From positions 26,164 through 90,163 of the forward strand of contig JBQDTF010000008.1 of NCBI GenBank assembly GCA_052099095.1: a DNA stretch of 64,000 nucleotides, read 5' to 3'. The stretch is from Pseudoclavibacter sp. (GTDB lineage Bacteria > Actinomycetota > Actinomycetes > Actinomycetales > Microbacteriaceae). Under the pieces are notes generated by a model. The model was not told the DNA's origin. It saw only the letters and a program-made list of their open reading frames with translations, and ran no database searches. Shown here piece after piece: positions 18,221 to 26,961 of the stretch. Position 1 is the stretch's first letter; each line of letters starts with the position of its first letter. Made by a program: the position numbers and the translations under genes.

Positions 18221-18922
18221 TCACTCGGGTGTGCCGAGCTCGCGGTAGACGGAGAACATCCAGGCGAGGTTGTCCTTGTGGACCGTCTCGATCGCGTCCG
18301 GTCCGGGGATGATCCCGAGCATGTTCAGGGAGCTGAGGACTGCAGGACTCGGAATGTGCCAGTAGCCTCCCGCGATCGGGTTGACCGCGTAGGTCTCCCC
18401 GGTCTGCTCGTTGCGCAGGAGCCGGAACCCGGTGATCTTCTTGATCGCGACCACGTCGGCCTTGAGCTTGTTCTGTTCGGCATCGGTAAGTGCCATGAGG
18501 AATCCCCCTTCTTCGGGAATGTTGACGAGAGGCGGGCCGACGATTGCGGCGTGCCATGATTCGGATGCGATGGTCTGGCCGAGGCCGGCGAGGCGCATGT
18601 ACTCGGAGCGGACGGCCATGTTGTTGGTGTCCCAGTCGACGGCTTCGCCGCGACCGTGGGGTGAGGTGCCGGGGTATGCCGCTTCCGGCGTCTCCCCGCG
18701 ATTCATGCGGCCCCACTGGAACCACTGGTTGGAGCCGCCTGTCGAGGTCTTGGACTCGACGAGGACGTACTGGTCTGCAGGGACCCCGACGGGGCGGTAG
18801 CCCTCGGTGATCTTGAGGGTGAATCCCCTCGCGCGGACCTGTGCTGCGACCCAGCGAACTCGGCGTGCGAGATCTCTGGTGAACAGTTGCCCCTCGACGT
18901 TGACGAGGGTGGAAATATCCAT
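18221..18922 (-). CDS. M15 (VanY/D-Ala-D-Ala carboxypeptidase-like) peptidase endolysin with the same C-terminal module
   Basis: ATG at 18922 with AGGAGG upstream. ITEGYRP...SPHGRGEAVDW...ESWHA fits the M15 H-D-H zinc site. C-terminus GGFLMALTDAEQNKLKADV..WMFSVYRELGT shared with 17374..18168. Confidence 0.75.
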   Translation of the reverse strand: MDISTLVNVEGQLFTRDLARRVRWVAAQVRARGFTLKITEGYRPVGVPADQYVLVESKTSTGGSNQWFQWGRMNRGETPEAAYPGTSPHGRGEAVDWDTNNMAVRSEYMRLAGLGQTIASESWHAAIVGPPLVNIPEEGGFLMALTDAEQNKLKADVVAIKKITGFRLLRNEQTGETYAVNPIAGGYWHIPSPAVLSSLNMLGIIPGPDAIETVHKDNLAWMFSVYRELGTPE

Positions 18923-19144
18923 TGATGCCTCCTTTGGGCATGGGTAGAGATAGGTATGCCGATCGGCCCGTTCGGTCGATCGACGGGACGGGCACGAGTG
19001 CCCGGAATCGGTTCGCGAAGTGCGAACGGATGCACGCGAGGGGTGACGCTTCACCCGGCTCTGCGTGGACGTGATCCGTGAGGATCAGTGCGACGGCGGT
19101 GGCTTGCACACCGCTGGGGACTTTCCGCGTCGCGGATGCTCGTG

Positions 19145-19426
19145 CTATCCGGTGGTGGTCAGGTCGTTGCCGACGTCGCTGTGGTGCGGAGTCGGAATCG
19201 GATTGGCCTGGTCGTCGTCGGTCATGAACTGACTTGGGGAGACGCCGAGTGCTTCTGCGAGCAGCAGAAGCTCTCGAAGGCTGAAGTGTGCGCCGAACGC
19301 GAGTTTTCGAGTGATGGTCGAGTACGGGATTCCGACTTGTTCGGCCACGAATCTCCTGGATCGGCCTGTCTGATCGATCGCCCTCTTGACTCTCACTGCA
19401 CACCTCCTCGGTTCGTCGTTGCTCAT
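19145..19426 (-). CDS. XRE/Cro-like HTH regulator heading the lysin operon
   Basis: RFVAEQVGIPYSTITRKLA...LSLRELLLLAEALGVSPSQF; HTH_3-like. Confidence 0.75.
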   Translation of the reverse strand: MSNDEPRRCAVRVKRAIDQTGRSRRFVAEQVGIPYSTITRKLAFGAHFSLRELLLLAEALGVSPSQFMTDDDQANPIPTPHHSDVGNDLTTTG

Positions 19427-19504
19427 ATGAACAATCTACATACCCGAACGAGCATGCGCAAGCCGGATCCGTTATCGGATCGAGCATTGCTGTTGCTGGT
19501 TTGG

Positions 19505-19519
19505 GGACATAGAATGTCC
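19505..19519. promoter_or_regulatory. Candidate operator palindrome in the divergent XRE/XRE intergenic region
   Basis: ggacat-aga-atgtcc, 2 nt upstream of ATG 19522, within a 95-bp AT-shifted divergent promoter region. Confidence 0.35.
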
Positions 19520-19521
19520 TT

Positions 19522-19917
19522 ATGAACATGCAGCAGCGAGCGGAGACGTTCACGACCTATGTGGGACTCGCGCTCAAGGGCGCCATCGTCGAGCGGGGAA
19601 TGAGCGCAACGCACGTTGCGACCACGATGAAGCGCTCCCCTGCGGCTTTCAGCCGGTGGCTCAATGGCCACGTGGCCATCCCCCTTGCGGTGCTCTACGA
19701 AGCGAGCGAGATCGTCGGTGTCGACCCCGCGCAGCTCGTCGAGAACGCGCACCGTCGGCTCACCGCGACCCTGGGCGCCCCCACAGCCACGGTCACCCCC
19801 TTGGCCGCGGCATCCAAGAGGCGCGCGAAACGTGCGAGTGACGACTCTGCCTCCGAACAGCCGTTCGCGGCACACAGCGCCGACATCGGCGGAGACCTCG
19901 ACGACGACCTGGTGTGA
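19522..19917 (+). CDS. XRE/CI-like HTH regulator
   Basis: ERGMSATHVATTMKRSPAAFSRWLNGHVAIPLAVLYEASEIVGVDPAQL. GTGA overlap with the downstream ImmA-like gene. Confidence 0.75.
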   Translation: MNMQQRAETFTTYVGLALKGAIVERGMSATHVATTMKRSPAAFSRWLNGHVAIPLAVLYEASEIVGVDPAQLVENAHRRLTATLGAPTATVTPLAAASKRRAKRASDDSASEQPFAAHSADIGGDLDDDLV

Positions 19918-20363
19918 ATGTCGGTGGCCAGTCGCACGATGGGCACATGACCAACTGGGAGCCATTCGACTACGCAAGCGAATTGGGAATCAGCGTGCAG
20001 TTCTGCGGCGAGCTCGGCGGAGACCTCGGGCGCTGGTACCCAGAGCAGGGCACGATCCTGATCCTCGATTCACTGCCGTTCTTCGTCGAGCGCTCGGTAC
20101 TGGCACACGAGATCGCCCACGCCGTGCTCGGGCACGAGACGACGACACCGAAGACAGAGCGGCAGGCGGACCGGTGGGCGGCTCGCAGGCTCATCAGCGT
20201 CGAGGATTTCCGCACCGTCGCTGCCCGGTCGCCCGATCCGGGGCAGTGGTGCGTCGACCTGCAGGTCACCCCGCGGCTCCTCGTCACCGCAGCCGACCTC
20301 TACGCTTCGCGACGCCACGCTCGCCACGACGCTGCCACGAGTGACGCCGGACTCACTGGCTAG
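19914..20363 (+). CDS. ImmA/IrrE family metallopeptidase (DUF955)
   Basis: HEIAHAVLGH (HExxH) followed by E..ADRWAARRLI. Classic pairing with an upstream XRE repressor. Start is GTG 19914 or ATG 19947. Confidence 0.8.
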   Translation: MNVGGQSHDGHMTNWEPFDYASELGISVQFCGELGGDLGRWYPEQGTILILDSLPFFVERSVLAHEIAHAVLGHETTTPKTERQADRWAARRLISVEDFRTVAARSPDPGQWCVDLQVTPRLLVTAADLYASRRHARHDAATSDAGLTG

Positions 20364-20433
20364 GCCAAGTGCCATCCAAGCGAGTCACCGCACGACGAAG
20401 ACTCGGGATGGGCTTCCCGCGCGAGATCCCCTG

Positions 20434-21165
20434 TCAGGACGCGCGTTGAATCCAGACCTGAACGTCGACGATCCCGGCTGGCAGGCGGTCTCGCTCGGAT
20501 ACGAAACCGCTTGGGAGTTGGGTCGTCAAGGCATGTACGTACGGCTCACCTCGGCCGGTTGTACCCTCTCCGACCGTCAGTACCTGCTCTGGCTGCAGGG
20601 ACTCCACGAGAGCTCGCGCCTCATCGAGCTGGGTCGCATCCCATCGACTCTGCAAGACGACGCTGGGACCTGCGGGCCCCCGCGCGAGAAGAGCCTCGAC
20701 CCTCGCCGGCTCGCGCGACGTCAGTGCACACACGCGGCCGTGCTCGGTCGTGGACACATAAGTCGCCGCGAGCACGGACGGACAATCAGCCAAGGTGGCA
20801 ACGAAGGCTTCGAACTCGGCATTCTCTGGGTCCCCACCCGAATACGCATCCGCAACTCGCCGAGCAAGCTCTCGGTACGCGGACTCAACCGGATCGACGA
20901 CATCATCCGCGGCGCAGCGCGAGACCAGAAGTGCTTTTCCACCCCAGACGCCGTCCACCTCCACACGCATCCCGAGAGGAGGAAACTCCGTGTTCGCGCT
21001 GCCCTGGAATTGGAGCGGAAGCAGACGCTCATCCCAGACGAAAACTCGCGAGGGGCGAAACGGAGTGAGGTACGCCTGCGCCCACGCCTCGTCATGCACT
21101 ACCCACCCGCTCGCACGGAATCTGTGGCCGACTTCCAGGCCGGCGGCTGCAGCTGCGTCAGCCAC
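20434..21165 (-). CDS. Hypothetical protein (243 aa), no recognisable domain
   Basis: Long ORF with a coding-like composition; convergent with the ImmA gene. Confidence 0.5.
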   Translation of the reverse strand: MADAAAAAGLEVGHRFRASGWVVHDEAWAQAYLTPFRPSRVFVWDERLLPLQFQGSANTEFPPLGMRVEVDGVWGGKALLVSRCAADDVVDPVESAYRELARRVADAYSGGDPENAEFEAFVATLADCPSVLAATYVSTTEHGRVCALTSREPARVEALLARGPAGPSVVLQSRWDATQLDEARALVESLQPEQVLTVGEGTTGRGEPYVHALTTQLPSGFVSERDRLPAGIVDVQVWIQRAS

Positions 21166-21385
21166 AGCTCACCTTGATCATGACTACTCCTCTGAGTTGG
21201 CCTGCCTACTCGCCGAGTCACCCTCTGACACATCGGCGTCCGCGGGCACGCTTCTTGACTCGTTGTACGTAGACAAACTGTCACCCCCTGCCGCAATATA
21301 TGGGTTACGTCCATAATGTTCACAGTGGGCGACAGGTCGTGCGTTTACCTGGCTGCCGACCAGGCGGCGCGGGGTAGCATCTGGG

Positions 21386-22366
21386 ATGCTTCAGCGAACC
21401 CTCGGTCGCACTGACCGCAACGTGTCCATCGTCGGCCTCGGCACCTGGCAGCTCGGCGCCGACTGGGGCGATGTCGACGAAAGGTCGGCGCTCGACGTAC
21501 TCAGCGCATCCGTCGACGCCGGCGTCACCTTCTTCGACACGGCCGATGTCTACGGTGATGGTCGCAGTGAGGCGATCATCGGCACATTCCGCCGCGAGCG
21601 ACCAGACGCGGACGTGTTCGTCGCCACGAAGATGGGCCGCCGCGGCCCGCAGGATCCGGCCGAGTTCACGCTCGCCAACTTCCGTGCGTGGACCGACCGG
21701 TCGCGAAAGAACCTCGGGGTCGACACCCTCGACCTCGTGCAGCTGCACTGCCCTCCGACGCCGGTGTTCTCCAACGACGCCGTCTACGACGCTCTCGACA
21801 CGCTCGTCGAAGACGGCGCGATCGCGGCATACGGCGTGAGCGTCGAGACCGAAGCGGAAGCACTCGCGGCCATCGCCCGGCCTGGTACCGCATCCGTGCA
21901 GATCGTCTTCAACGCGTTCCGGCTGAAGCCCCTCGACCGTGTGCTCCCCGCGGCGCGGGAGGCAGGGGTCGGCATCATCGCTCGGGTCCCGCTTGCCTCG
22001 GGGCTCCTGAGCGCCAAGTACGCGAAAGACACGACATTCGCGGCCGACGACCACCGCACCTACAACCGCGACGGCAGCGCGTTCGACGTGGGAGAGACGT
22101 TCGCGGGCGTCGACTTCGCGACGGGGGTCGAGGCGGCGCAGGCCTTCGCAGCCGCGCTTCCCGAGGGCGTCTCGCCTGCCGCAGCCGCCATTGCCTGGGT
22201 CGCCGCGCAGGACGGGGTGAGCAGCGTCATCCCCGGTGCTCGCAATCGCCGCCAGGCAGACTCGAACGCCGCGGCCGGATCGCTGGAACTCCCCGAAGGC
22301 CTCGACTCGAGCGTGCACCAGATCTACGACGAGTACTTCCGGGGTGCGGTGCACAACCGCTGGTGA
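21386..22366 (+). CDS. Aldo/keto reductase
   Basis: LGTWQLG...FFDTADVYGDGRSE...LDLVQLHCP... AKR signature blocks. Confidence 0.9.
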   Translation: MLQRTLGRTDRNVSIVGLGTWQLGADWGDVDERSALDVLSASVDAGVTFFDTADVYGDGRSEAIIGTFRRERPDADVFVATKMGRRGPQDPAEFTLANFRAWTDRSRKNLGVDTLDLVQLHCPPTPVFSNDAVYDALDTLVEDGAIAAYGVSVETEAEALAAIARPGTASVQIVFNAFRLKPLDRVLPAAREAGVGIIARVPLASGLLSAKYAKDTTFAADDHRTYNRDGSAFDVGETFAGVDFATGVEAAQAFAAALPEGVSPAAAAIAWVAAQDGVSSVIPGARNRRQADSNAAAGSLELPEGLDSSVHQIYDEYFRGAVHNRW

Positions 22367-22404
22367 ACCGAGCGCGGCGGCGCACGCCGGGCCAGGTGAA
22401 CCGC

Positions 22405-23160
22405 TCAGCTGATCGCCCGCGCGATCGGCAGCCCTCCGCCGTGCGAGGTGAGGCCGCCGTCGATGGCGAGCTCGGCGCCCGTCACAAACGACGTCGCAGG
22501 GGAGAGCAGGCTTACGACGACATCGGCGACCTCGCTCGGTGAGCCCGTGCGGCCGAGGGGTGTCAGCTCCACGTTGATGTCCCGGAACGCCTGCGAAGCG
22601 CTCGCGGTCATGGGCGTCTCGATGTAGCCGGGATGCACGATGTTCACGCGGATCCCCCGCGGGCCGAGTTCCATGGCCGCCGTCTTCGTGATGCCGCGCA
22701 ACGCCCACTTGCTCGCGGCGTAGGCGACCGCGTAGTGGGCGGTCACCGCGGCTGCCGAGCCGACGTTAACGATGGATGCGCCGCTCACCATGAGCGGGGC
22801 GAGCGTTTTGATTCCCAGGGCCGGGCCCGTCGCGTTCACGGCGAAGGCCAGCTCGAAATCTTCGGCGCTGACTGTCTCGAGCCTTGCGCGTCTCGTGACG
22901 CCGGCGGCGTTGACAAGCCCCGCGAGCGCGCCGGAGGCCGCGACAAGCTCGGCGACGGCCGCCCAGCCCTCTGGGTCGCGCACGTCGAGGGCGACTCGTT
23001 CCAGTCCCGGCTGGTCGCGCGCATCCGCTGGCCGCGCCAGGTCTGCTGCAATGACGGAGATGCCGCCCGCGAGGAGCCGCTCGACGACCGCGGCCCCGAT
23101 GCCCGACGCGGCGCCCGTCACGACAATCGGTGCGACTGCTGGGCCGGTGATCTCTGGCAC
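22405..23160 (-). CDS. SDR family oxidoreductase
   Basis: VTGAASGIGAA (TGxxxGxG), NVGS, YAASKWAL (YxxxK). GTG start at 23160 chosen; the track M at 23214 is possible. Confidence 0.85.
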   Translation of the reverse strand: MPEITGPAVAPIVVTGAASGIGAAVVERLLAGGISVIAADLARPADARDQPGLERVALDVRDPEGWAAVAELVAASGALAGLVNAAGVTRRARLETVSAEDFELAFAVNATGPALGIKTLAPLMVSGASIVNVGSAAAVTAHYAVAYAASKWALRGITKTAAMELGPRGIRVNIVHPGYIETPMTASASQAFRDINVELTPLGRTGSPSEVADVVVSLLSPATSFVTGAELAIDGGLTSHGGGLPIARAIS

Positions 23161-23294
23161 GAGGCTCCTCTCGGCGCAGCTCTGCGCATCCACCCCAACC
23201 CAAGCAGGCGGCACGTGACCTGCAAACGAGAGATTGCTGATCCGCGTATCGGTGAGATCGATACGGCACGCGGGCGGGCGCCGAACAACCGCGG

Positions 23295-23360
23295 TCTCGA
23301 GATGGAAACATCACTTCGTGCTGGAGAACTTCCCAGCACGAAGTGAGAAACCCATCCCGA
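23295..23360. repeat. R1 palindromic intergenic repeat, copy 2
   Basis: tctcgagatggaaacatcacttcgtgctggagaacttcccagcacgaagtgagaaacccatcccga. Inner 13-bp stem cacttcgtgctgg/ccagcacgaagtg. Confidence 0.8.
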
Positions 23361-23403
23361 AACGTGCGAGTGGATGCGAGCCCGGGCAAAACTCAAACCT
23401 GCG

Positions 23404-23886
23404 TCAGGCTAGCCGCGCGTCGCCTCGCCATCGGAGCCAGACGGCGTCAGTGCCAGGCCACGGCGCTGCGGTCGTGTCGAACCCTTCGCGCTGGTAGAAG
23501 CCGCGAACCTTTTCGTTGCTTGGCTCGAATTCGGTGACGAGATCGCCACCACGCGCGCGAGCTCGCGCCTTTGCCGCGTCGACCAGGGATCGCCCAACTC
23601 CCCGGTGCTGCTGGTCCGGCAAGACGTACAGCTTCCACATCACCAGATCCTCACCGAGCGCTTCCACATGGGTCATGCCGATGATCTCGCCACCTTCTTC
23701 TGCGACGTCGATATCCCCACTCTGGATCGCCGCCGAAATCGCCTCAGCGTTCCAATACTCGTCAAGCCCCGCCAGCACGTAGGCGCGCCCCTTGAGCGGC
23801 CCGTAGGTTGCTGGCCAGGCGACAAGCCCGACGAATCTCACGTCAGCAACATCTTCAGGCCGAGCGCAACGAACCGTGACTGTCAT
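23404..23886 (-). CDS. GNAT family N-acetyltransferase
   Basis: LYVLPDQQHRGVGRSLVDAAKARA (Q/RxxGxG/A acetyl-CoA motif). ATG at 23886. Confidence 0.85.
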   Translation of the reverse strand: MTVTVRCARPEDVADVRFVGLVAWPATYGPLKGRAYVLAGLDEYWNAEAISAAIQSGDIDVAEEGGEIIGMTHVEALGEDLVMWKLYVLPDQQHRGVGRSLVDAAKARARARGGDLVTEFEPSNEKVRGFYQREGFDTTAAPWPGTDAVWLRWRGDARLA

Positions 23887-24037
23887 GGCAGCAGTTTCCA
23901 GGGCTTTCGGGCGCCGCGTCCAGAGACTTCCCGAGGCCAGAGATCCATGGCGACGGCACGTGGTCTCGTGGTTGATGGGGCGCGGGCTCGCCAGCCGGGC
24001 CAATCACGTCGATGCCTCCAGGCCAGCGACCCTGCCA

Positions 24038-24101
24038 TCTCGGGATGGAAACATCGCTTCGTGCTGGGGAACTTCCCACCACGAAGCGAGAAACCCACCC
24101 C
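24038..24101. repeat. R1 palindromic intergenic repeat, copy 3
   Basis: tctcgggatggaaacatcgcttcgtgctggggaacttcccaccacgaagcgagaaacccacccc. Confidence 0.8.
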
Positions 24102-24188
24102 AAAACAGAGGAGGGGCAAACCCCCGACATCCGGCACCTCGACGAGCGCACCACGCGAGCCCGGCACCACAAGACCCGACCCCCAGAA

Positions 24189-24256
24189 TCTCGGGGTGGC
24201 AACATCACTTCGTGCTGGAGAACTTCCCAGCACGAAGTGAGAAACCCATCGCGAGA
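24189..24256. repeat. R1 palindromic intergenic repeat, copy 4
   Basis: tctcggggtggcaacatcacttcgtgctggagaacttcccagcacgaagtgagaaacccatcgcgaga; 20 nt downstream of the pcaF stop. Confidence 0.8.
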
Positions 24257-24275
24257 CGCCCGCGCCGCGCCGCGG

Positions 24276-25490
24276 CTACACGCGCTCGAAGACCGCCGCG
24301 AGGGCTTGGCCGCCGCCGATGCACATGGTCTCGAGGGCGAGGCTGGCGTCGAGGGCGGGGAGTTCGTTCGCGAGGGTCGCGAGCATGCGGATGCCCGTGG
24401 CCCCGATGGGGTGGCCGATGGAGATGCCGGAGCCGCGCGGGTTGAGGCGTGGGTCTTCGGCGTCGATGCCCCAGTCGGCGAGGCACGCGAGCACCTGCAC
24501 CGCGAAGGCCTCGTTGAGTTCGATGACGTCGAGGTCGTCGAGTCCGAGGCCGGCGCGCGACAGGGCAAGCGAGGTCGCAGGCACCGGTGCGACGCCGAAC
24601 AGCCGCGGGTCGTTGCCGGCGACGGCCCACGAGACCAGTCGAACCGATGGTGTGAGCCCGAGCGAGGCGGCCCGCGAAGGCGTCGTCACGATGCAGGCCG
24701 CGGCGGCGTCGTTCTGCCCGCTCGAGTTGCCGGCGGTCACAGTGGATGCTGCATCCTTCTTCCCGAGGATCGGCCGCAGGCGGGCGAGGGCCTCGAGCGT
24801 CGAGTCGGCGCGCGGATGCTCGTCCCGGTCGACGAGCACGTCGCCTTTGCGTCCTGGCACGGTGACGGGCACGAGCTCGGCGTCGAACGCGCCGGACTCC
24901 TGCGCTGCGACCGCGCGCTGGTGCGACTGCAGGGCGAAGCGGTCCTGCGCGTCGCGGGAGATGCCGTACTCGGTGCGCAGCAGCTCGGCGCTGCCGACGT
25001 TGCCGTCTGGGCTCGGGTAGTTGACGCCGCCGACCGTCTCGCGGCCGCGCGCGAGGGCGTCGTGCAGCATGAGGCCGGCCGGCGGGGTGCCGCGGCGACC
25101 CTGCTCCGTATAAAGAGGAGCGTTCGACATCGACTCGGCGCCGAGCGCGACGACCACGTCGGCGACGCCCGTCTGCACCTCCATGGCCGCGTTCATGACG
25201 GCCTGCAGGCCGGAGCCGCAGCGGCGGTCGAGCTGGTAGCCGGTTGTGGTGATGGGGAAGCCCGCGTCCAGTGCCGCGACCCGACCGAAGGCCGGCGACT
25301 CCATGGAGGGGTAGCCCTGCGCGGCGATGACCGAGTCGACGGCGTCGACGTCGAGGCCGGTGCGCGCGACGAGCGCCTCGAGCACGGCGACGCCGAGCGC
25401 ACGAGCCGAAAGCGGGGCGAGCGATCCGCCGAGCCGCCCGACCGGCGTGCGCAGGGGCGAGCAGATGACAACCTCGCGCAGCTCGGTCAC
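24276..25490 (-). CDS. pcaF: Beta-ketoadipyl-CoA thiolase (acetyl-CoA C-acyltransferase)
   Basis: Thiolase blocks: [14 protein letters not shown] (active Cys), [24 protein letters not shown] 25490 overlaps the pcaJ stop (GTGA). Confidence 0.9.
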   Translation of the reverse strand: MTELREVVICSPLRTPVGRLGGSLAPLSARALGVAVLEALVARTGLDVDAVDSVIAAQGYPSMESPAFGRVAALDAGFPITTTGYQLDRRCGSGLQAVMNAAMEVQTGVADVVVALGAESMSNAPLYTEQGRRGTPPAGLMLHDALARGRETVGGVNYPSPDGNVGSAELLRTEYGISRDAQDRFALQSHQRAVAAQESGAFDAELVPVTVPGRKGDVLVDRDEHPRADSTLEALARLRPILGKKDAASTVTAGNSSGQNDAAAACIVTTPSRAASLGLTPSVRLVSWAVAGNDPRLFGVAPVPATSLALSRAGLGLDDLDVIELNEAFAVQVLACLADWGIDAEDPRLNPRGSGISIGHPIGATGIRMLATLANELPALDASLALETMCIGGGQALAAVFERV

Positions 25491-26143
25491 GCGACGGCCT
25501 CCTCGAGCGCGGGGGCGACCGTGAACGCGGCGCCGGTCGCATCCCGGACCTCGTCGACCGTCACGCCGGGCGCGAGCTCGACGAGCACGAGCCCCACCTC
25601 GGTCACGTCGAGGACGGCGAGGTCGGTGATGATGCGGTCGATGCATCCCTTGCCCGTCAGGGGAAGCGTGCACTGCTCGACGATCTTCGGCGAGCCGTCC
25701 TTCGCGACGTGCTCCATGACGACCAGCACGTGCTCGGCGCCGTTGACGAGGTCCATGGCCCCGCCCATGCCCTTCACCATCTTGCCCGGCACGGCCCAGT
25801 TGGCGATGTCGCCCGCGGCGGAGACCTGCATGGCGCCGAGGACGGCGTTGGTGACGCGGCCGCCGCGGATCATGCCGAAACTCGCCGCCGAGTCGAAGAA
25901 CGACGCCCCGGGCAGCACGGTCACGGTCTCCTTGCCGGCGTTGATGAGCTTCGGGTCCGCCTCGCCTTCCCACGGGTAGGGGCCGACGCCGAGGATGCCG
26001 TTCTCGGAGTGCAGCACCACCTCGATGCCGTCGTCGATGTAGTTCGGGATGAGCGTCGGCAGCCCGATGCCGAGGTTGACGTACGAGCCGTCCTTGAGCT
26101 CCTTCGCGGCGCGAGCCGCCATCTCGTTTCTGGTGAGCGGCAT
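25487..26143 (-). CDS. pcaJ: 3-oxoadipate CoA-transferase subunit B
   Basis: [23 protein letters not shown]...SENG...GGAMDL blocks of CoA-transferase family I beta subunits. Confidence 0.9.
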   Translation of the reverse strand: MPLTRNEMAARAAKELKDGSYVNLGIGLPTLIPNYIDDGIEVVLHSENGILGVGPYPWEGEADPKLINAGKETVTVLPGASFFDSAASFGMIRGGRVTNAVLGAMQVSAAGDIANWAVPGKMVKGMGGAMDLVNGAEHVLVVMEHVAKDGSPKIVEQCTLPLTGKGCIDRIITDLAVLDVTEVGLVLVELAPGVTVDEVRDATGAAFTVAPALEEAVA

Positions 26144-26961
26144 CAGGCCTGTCCCCTCGAGTCGTTGGATGAAGTGGATGCGCCAGCGCCGACGCGCGGC
26201 CGCACGGTGGTCTTCTCGATGGGCAGCTCGCCCGCCTGCTCCGGCGAGAGCACGACGACCCGGTCGACGTAGATGCCCGGCAGGTGGATCTCGTCCGGCC
26301 CGAGCTCGCCGGGTTCGACGAGCCGGTCGACTTCGGCGATCGTGATGCGCCCGGCCATGCCGGCGAGCGGGTTGAAGTTGCGGGTCGATTTCTCGAAGCG
26401 CAGGTTGCCGTGGCGGTCGCCGACCGCGGCGCGCACGAGCCCGTAGTCGGTGCTGATGGCGGTCTCGAGCACGTACTCCTTGGCGGCGCCGAACACGTCG
26501 AACGGGCGCTGCTCCTTGGGTTCGCTCACGAGCCCGACGGTGCCGTCGGAGTTGTAGCGGATGGGCATGCCGCCTTCGGAGACCATGGTGCCTGCCCCGG
26601 TCGCCGTGTAGAAGGCGGGGATGCCCACGCCGCCGGCGCGGAGGCGTTCGGCGAGCGTGCCCTGCGGGGTGAGCTCGACCTCGATCTCGCCGGACAGGTA
26701 TTGGCGCGCGAACTCCTTGTTGTCGCCGATGTAGCTCGCGATGACGTGGCGGATGCGTCCCTCGGAGAGCAGCTCGCCGAGGCCCCAGCCGTCGACCCCG
26801 CAGTTGTTGGAGACGACCTCGAGGCCGTCGACGCCGAGCGCCTGGATGGCCCGGATGAGGGTGATCGGCACGCCGGAGAGGCCGAAGCCTCCGACGGCGA
26901 GCGATGCGCCCGCCGGGATGTCGGCGACGGCGTCCGCCGCGGAGGCGTAGGTCTTATCCAC
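26143..26961 (-). CDS. pcaI: 3-oxoadipate CoA-transferase subunit A
   Basis: [26 protein letters not shown]...[20 protein letters not shown]. Confidence 0.9.
   Translation of the reverse strand: MDKTYASAADAVADIPAGASLAVGGFGLSGVPITLIRAIQALGVDGLEVVSNNCGVDGWGLGELLSEGRIRHVIASYIGDNKEFARQYLSGEIEVELTPQGTLAERLRAGGVGIPAFYTATGAGTMVSEGGMPIRYNSDGTVGLVSEPKEQRPFDVFGAAKEYVLETAISTDYGLVRAAVGDRHGNLRFEKSTRNFNPLAGMAGRITIAEVDRLVEPGELGPDEIHLPGIYVDRVVVLSPEQAGELPIEKTTVRPRVGAGASTSSNDSRGQA

Larger units (their letters stand above)
15851..21165. mobile_element. Degenerate prophage-like block: lysis cassette plus XRE/XRE/ImmA immunity module, with no structural, replication or integrase genes
   Basis: Contiguous holin, TM protein, 2 amidases, an M15 peptidase, divergent HTH pair and ImmA/IrrE protease. 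Boundaries are approximate; no att repeats found by eye. Confidence 0.55.

Noticed and set aside
15733-21385. Integrase, att direct repeats or tRNA target for the prophage-like block
   Set aside because: I found no tyrosine or serine recombinase ORF. I could not find flanking direct repeats by eye. The only tRNAs are 11 kb away.
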